DNA from: Fimbriimonadia bacterium
GTDB taxonomy: Bacteria > Armatimonadota > Fimbriimonadia > Fimbriimonadales > JABRVX01
Assembly (NCBI GenBank): GCA_041483895.1
Contig: JBGPGO010000001.1
Location: forward strand, 128,001-192,000
Length of the DNA: 64,000 nt
Direction of reading: 5' to 3'
Below the pieces are notes generated by a model. It was given only the letters and a program-made list of their open reading frames with translations. It did no database searches and had not been told where the DNA came from. Position numbers and translations under genes: made by a program. This document shows positions 61,901 to 64,000 of this stretch, piece after piece; positions within the stretch are counted from its first letter, which is position 1, and every line of letters begins with the position of its first letter.

Positions 61901-64000
61901 TTCAAGCTCCGCAAGGATCCAGTCGCTCACAGACCGATCAGTGCTAACAACTCCGGAGACTTTCAGACCGAGGGGTGCGTCTACCTTCTGTCTGAGGTCG
62001 TCCCCATCCTCCGAAAGACAGACGGAGAATCCCGCGTTAACGCCGACGCGGAAGAATGCATCAAGAAATGGAACGAGTGGCGCCAACAGTGGAATGCCTG
62101 CGGCGGCGACCTCGATTATGTCGGGTGTTTCGAAGGTGATGCTAAAATCCGGTCCGAGACAGCTCTCAGACAAATGGAATCCATTCGCAAATGAATACGA
62201 TTGATCGAGTTTGAAACCCAGGCTCCACTCAAGATCCGACATCTTGTTCAGGAACAGTGAAGGAGCGAACTTCTTCTTCCGATGCTTGTCAAGGTCCGCT
62301 CCAATGTAGGTAGAGACATCTCCTGTTACTTTGGAATTCGGATATTGAATGGCATCCAACGAAATGTCAACTCCGGCAACGCCCTTCACCGAAGCCAATC
62401 CAGTCTTTGAATAGCCATCTAGGAAGGGGACTCCCAGTTTGAAAGGTACCGTAGCATCAAATGCGTCTGGAGGAGTCGTATAGTCAATGGACAACTGGTA
62501 TCTGTTGTCTGCGATGATAGGGATTGGGGAGAAACCGAAGTTCCAAAGCGCGGGCCGCAGTGATGGCGGGAGCGCCAACCCAAAGAAGTGAATCACGACG
62601 CTCTGAGATGCTTGTCCCGCAGCGTTGTAGGCCGTGACGCGCAGATCATTCCATATGCCTTTGTCCGAGTACCTAAGATCGGTTCCCATGTCGAGATCGA
62701 GCGATGCAGATTGGCCGGCCGTCGGCTTGGACCAACTCTTCCCGTTCATCACGAACTCAATTCTTCCGGCCGACCCGTGCCAATAGGATATTGTCGCCGT
62801 CACAGTGTTCGTCTTAGAAATGGAGCCCAAGAACGGTCCCTGAATGGGAAGTGATGGCTCGACCTTGTCGATAACCGGCCCATCTCCGGATACCGGATAG
62901 AACGAGATCTGCGCCGACACCGGGATACTCTGTCCAATCGTTTCATCACGGCAGGTTATCGTCGCGATGCCTTCCGTACCTGACGAGAGATTCACTCGCG
63001 CTTGGCCAAACTGATCGGTGGGGACGGTTGCGGCGGAAAAGCTATCTGCGGAACCTCGATTGCTGCTAAATCGAATTATTCGACCGCTCAATAGATCGCC
63101 GGCGGTATTTCGGTAAGTGAGAACGAGGACCGATGCCGATGTATTATCGGCCGGCAAGGTCGTCGGCAGTCCCACGAGGGATGAAGCTCCGCCGCTTCCT
63201 CCGGTCTGACCGCTCCAATATTCGTCTGCCCCAATATCGACGTGGGTGCTCATGATGCGGGTTTCTCCGTCCATATCAGTCCAGCCGTTTTGGATCCAGC
63301 TATCGTCTCCTCTGTCGATGCACGGGGAGTTTGGCTGGATGTGGAGGTTGCCATAGGCTCTGCTGACGAGGACCGGATCCACGGAAATGTTCTTGCTGAT
63401 GTCGATTTGGCCGGTGAGGCCTGAGTAATCGTAGATGGAGTTCCCATAGACGTCGTTGTTGAAAAAGGTCGGCACGCTGCTGGAGACGAGAACTCCAGTC
63501 GAGTTGAAAGCGATCAGATTATTGGCGACGACAGGTGTGGAACTGCTGGAGAATGAGAGAGCCGCTCCGCCGATTGACGTATTGCTAACGATCGTGTTGT
63601 TGACTATTCTGGCTGCGTTTGTGACGTTGCCGCATGAGATTCCGCCGGCGTTGCTCGTGATGATGTTGTTGGCGATGGTCGGCGCGCCAGAGCAGGAGAT
63701 TCCGAATGCGCCATTGCCGACGACCAAATTGTTGGCTATGTATGGATTGTTGCCGCTGCTCGTTATTCCAGTTGCCGTGTTGCTCGAAAATGTGTTGTTT
63801 CGTATTGAGGATCCGGCATACGGGCCGCCCAAGTAAAGCCCTATACCTGTATTGCTTTGGAACACGTTGTCATCAGCCATGATGAGGCAAGAGTCCGCCC
63901 ACACCCCGCCAATCCCAGTTCCGTCGTAACGTCGGTTCCCTGAAATGACGTTCGATCGAAGCGTGATCGTTCCCAGGCTGGACTGAGACAGGTACAAACC
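58922..64000 (-). CDS. Giant secreted/surface protein (beta-helix, choice-of-anchor-Q-like, Ig-like, CARDB repeats, C-terminal dockerin-like); 5' end outside the window
   Basis: NNxIxxN beta-helix repeats; SPCIDRG...DMDG..R...VDIGADE; TDQFGQA; DP.N.V.E.DE.NN-type units three times; GDANLDNAVDIRDL...DLDGSGTVDLKD. Confidence 0.8.
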   Translation of the reverse strand, partial: GLYLSQSSLGTITLRSNVISGNRRYDGTGIGGVWADSCLIMADDNVFQSNTGIGLYLGGPYAGSSIRNNTFSSNTATGITSSGNNPYIANNLVVGNGAFGISCSGAPTIANNIITSNAGGISCGNVTNAARIVNNTIVSNTSIGGAALSFSSSSTPVVANNLIAFNSTGVLVSSSVPTFFNNDVYGNSIYDYSGLTGQIDISKNISVDPVLVSRAYGNLHIQPNSPCIDRGDDSWIQNGWTDMDGETRIMSTHVDIGADEYWSGQTGGSGGASSLVGLPTTLPADNTSASVLVLTYRNTAGDLLSGRIIRFSSNRGSADSFSAATVPTDQFGQARVNLSSGTEGIATITCRDETIGQSIPVSAQISFYPVSGDGPVIDKVEPSLPIQGPFLGSISKTNTVTATISYWHGSAGRIEFVMNGKSWSKPTAGQSASLDLDMGTDLRYSDKGIWNDLRVTAYNAAGQASQSVVIHFFGLALPPSLRPALWNFGFSPIPIIADNRYQLSIDYTTPPDAFDATVPFKLGVPFLDGYSKTGLASVKGVAGVDISLDAIQYPNSKVTGDVSTYIGADLDKHRKKKFAPSLFLNKMSDLEWSLGFKLDQSYSFANGFHLSESCLGPDFSITFETPDIIEVAAAGIPLLAPLVPFLDAFFRVGVNAGFSVCLSEDGDDLRQKVDAPLGLKVSGVVSTDRSVSDWILAELEAGGALSPEIQYPGTAENAKNFWGVPFINEIALDFFVTGRLKVWTLFMDQTWEGDLWSQHFVYPPAKYPPGGNGSWIWGHPDTSFVNANYHNLAGGVSAQGDTPDVHQTQLIANTYPGAQPSLAWDGDTAVVLFTYFDPSKPLWQATQIRALRYATDGTKTEQLVSPDNDTGLDSQPQVALDPNGRLIGVWTTIVGPVDGELADTRKAKAEIAFSNYDTNSHTWNTPSLITQDGRMDINPKLVHGADGGIYLAWLKSPDNQYSLDLSKPLNPHTDIHVARWNGTNFIEIRSLTGANTKEHPGLSVRSDGSMALVWSADQDADPSTSDQRLFYSQFANGNWTSRSRVTSEDANGNRPESSPEVSVDADGVPVLYFVRSEIPDPDFPRYLLEELDVTNFNNGSWMSWVPVTQSPTLGDLSVLRSPQGKVSALWTTTSKGISDIWTSVYDASAAQQYSDPVRLTWDDPGQEPADEVEVATAWDPAGNPSAVYLRRLLEKNQRDVGGGHIVDTRKPGPADLYLLSHTPKPDLAILPGDFAVDPLDAGPGQKVKLSATVRNLRALGVKDVKVGFYDGPTLIGALVVVSPNPLLGGATGIAALEWTIPSDGKSHTLRAKADPGNVVPETDETNNEQGIGLASLDLAAKVPVVGQYLPNGQLVIEFGIENISTVATGSAVEWKLMRDDPANGTVLDQGSVPALGAGQSAAISTVWDPGQVSPGTYELFLVVDPANKLGEPNRNNNVAQSKVGLLPDLYINPVLARLTPIGGGKAKVDVTIQNIGWSAAENVKVQVLAGPPGSIPLDEKFIASLARYADVVLPFDNIPLEGVPGALWVVVNPDRLIPEVRYDNNSASLTSPVTVSGKITLETWVGSPITSATFDFSQGGTNLGSYSVALGADGSYTVPAPQGAFKLSVKLSHWLRRSVQIDTSSGSISGNNLELTNGDANLDNAVDIRDLNSIFVNFGLPTPDSDLDGSGTVDLKDMNIIFINFGLIGDHQ

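Overview
GC-rich bacterial chromosomal window. The gene style suggests Armatimonadota, possibly Fimbriimonadales (inference from the dockerin-tailed surface protein, H-X9-DG-type proteins and a solute-binding protein running into a TM segment). Bases 1-44 kb hold mostly housekeeping and accessory genes: a Tat-exported PaoABC-like molybdo-flavoenzyme operon, PspA, a GT2-GT4 fusion, tricorn protease, cdsA, dxs, a complete pstSCAB-phoU operon, GH95 and GH4 glycosidases, Acr3, pirin, intact and decayed toxin-antitoxin genes, and two families of palindromic intergenic repeats. Bases 45-58.7 kb form a tightly coupled three-gene DISARM-related defence locus: a DrmD-like SNF2 helicase, a large adenine methyltransferase, and an 1800-aa YprA/DUF1998 helicase with a fused C-terminal nuclease-like domain. 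There is no separate drmA, drmB or drmC in the window. A partial giant surface protein closes the window. The most unexpected signal is at 22.9-23.8 kb, where a secreted protein continues in frame through a TGA in a C-G-[TGA]-G context and is followed 11 nt later by a SECIS-like stem-loop, making it a candidate new selenoprotein. No rRNA, tRNA, CRISPR array, integrase or transposase was recognised. All calls are by motif inspection; no database searches were run.
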